A stretch of DNA of 32,000 nt from positions 300,001-332,000 of the forward strand of contig NC_002528.1 in NCBI RefSeq assembly GCF_000009605.1, in the 5' to 3' direction. The notes below the pieces were generated by a model. It was given only the letters and a program-made list of their open reading frames with translations, made no database searches and was not told where the DNA came from. The DNA comes from Buchnera aphidicola str. APS (Acyrthosiphon pisum). Lineage in GTDB: Bacteria > Pseudomonadota > Gammaproteobacteria > Enterobacterales > Enterobacteriaceae. A program made the translations under genes and the position numbers. Shown piece after piece: positions 30,827-32,000 of this stretch (the stretch's first letter is position 1; each line of letters begins with the position of its first letter).

Positions 30827-32000
30827 ATGCAAAAAAATTTAATTTGGTTCCGTAACGATCTTCGTGTATATGACAACACGGCTCTACATCAAGCATGTCA
30901 AAATGATACAGATAAAGTAATAAGTTTATTTATTTCTACTCCGAAGCAATGGCATAATCAATCCGTTTCTAAAAAAAAAATATCTTTTATGTATTATCAT
31001 TTAATTTCTTTACAAAAAGAACTATTAAAATTAAATATTATTTTATATTATCATGAATCTACTGATTTTTTAAATTCTATAGAATATCTTATTTTTTTTT
31101 GCAAAAAACATAAAGTCAATAATTTATTTTATAATTATGAGTATGCAATCAATGAACGTTATCGAGATTATTTAGTAAAAAAAAAACTATCTCAAAAAGG
31201 GTTTCTTGTAAAAGGTTTTCACGATAATCTTTTATTTTCAAATAGACAAATCAGAAACCAAAAAAATGAAACATATAAAGTTTTTACTTTTTTTAAGAAA
31301 AAAGTAATACAAAATTTACATAATAATATTCCACAATGTTTTCCTGTTCCCTCTAAACGTAAATCTGATAGAGATATTTTTTTAACTTCTATTTCTTTGA
31401 AAAATGTAAATTTAAACTTTAATAAAAATTTCTTTCCTGTTGGAGAAAAAGAGGCTATTAATCGTTTAAAAAATTTTTGTATATATAAATTTAATGATTA
31501 TTTTCTTAAACGAGATTATCCCTTTTTAGATGCTACTAGTATGCTGTCTCCATATTTATCAGCAGGAATAATATCATCTCGATATTGTCTTAAAGTGCTT
31601 TTAAAAACAAAAAACAGTCTTCCATTAAATGTTCTTCTTACGTCTCCTTGGTTTGATCAGATATTATGGCGTGAATTTTATTACCATTTATTAATTGGAT
31701 TTCCAAAAATTAGTAGATCTGAATCATTAGTAACATGGGAAAAAGAAATTCATTGGATAAATAATATAAAACATTTTAATGCCTGGAAAGAAGGAAATAC
31801 AGGTTTTCCTATAATAGATGCAGGAATGAGACAATTAAACGAACTAGGATGGATGCATAATAGATTAAGAATGATTACATCTAGTTTTTTAGTAAAAAAT
31901 CTTTTGATTAATTGGCGAGAAGGGGAGGAACATTTTATATCTAATTTAATCGATGGAGACTTAGCGCTGAATAATGGAGGATGGCAATGGTCAGCGTCAG
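30827..32000 (+). CDS. phrB: Deoxyribodipyrimidine photolyase, 3'-truncated by the window edge
   Basis: Not in the ORF track because it has no stop within the window. My translation from the ATG at 30827 is open to 32000: MQKNLIWFRNDLRVYDN...SPYLSAGIISSR...TGFPIIDAGMRQLNELGWMHNRLRMITSSFLVKNL...GGWQWSAS. These are classic class-I CPD photolyase motifs. Confidence 0.9.
   Translation, partial: MQKNLIWFRNDLRVYDNTALHQACQNDTDKVISLFISTPKQWHNQSVSKKKISFMYYHLISLQKELLKLNIILYYHESTDFLNSIEYLIFFCKKHKVNNLFYNYEYAINERYRDYLVKKKLSQKGFLVKGFHDNLLFSNRQIRNQKNETYKVFTFFKKKVIQNLHNNIPQCFPVPSKRKSDRDIFLTSISLKNVNLNFNKNFFPVGEKEAINRLKNFCIYKFNDYFLKRDYPFLDATSMLSPYLSAGIISSRYCLKVLLKTKNSLPLNVLLTSPWFDQILWREFYYHLLIGFPKISRSESLVTWEKEIHWINNIKHFNAWKEGNTGFPIIDAGMRQLNELGWMHNRLRMITSSFLVKNLLINWREGEEHFISNLIDGDLALNNGGWQWSAS

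Overview
This window is very AT-rich and gene-dense. It holds about 27 protein genes separated by short spacers, and every large ORF is a recognisable gamma-proteobacterial housekeeping or biosynthetic gene. The order is yciA-yciB-yciC-trpA-trpB-trpC(F)-trpD (minus) | yedA-rluB-sohB-topA (plus) | suhB (minus) | rlmN-ispG-hisS-glyA (plus) | bioD-bioB (minus) | bioA (plus) | pgl-mfd (minus) | lolC-lolD-lolE-gapA (plus) | fldA (minus) | phrB (plus, runs off the 3' end). These are E. coli-like synteny blocks with many genes deleted between them. That pattern, the base composition, and a trpDCBA cluster lacking trpE/G match my memory of Buchnera aphidicola, the obligate aphid endosymbiont, and specifically the Acyrthosiphon pisum type arrangement. 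This identification rests on recognition, not on a database search. I see no rRNA, tRNA, CRISPR array, transposase, integrase, phage, toxin-antitoxin or defence genes. I could not find a convincing undescribed multi-gene system. The signals worth a second look are genome-erosion features: (1) an out-of-frame conserved C-terminus in trpB; (2) lolE split by a frameshift in an A9T9 tract; (3) an Mfd lacking the whole UvrB-homology N-terminal module, next to a 474-bp AT-rich scar; (4) a bioF/bioC deletion scar holding a strong 16-bp inverted repeat, a GGAGGG Shine-Dalgarno and a 14-codon relic ORF. There are also a few palindromes and terminator-like hairpins. All short antisense ORFs in the supplied track look like shadow ORFs.
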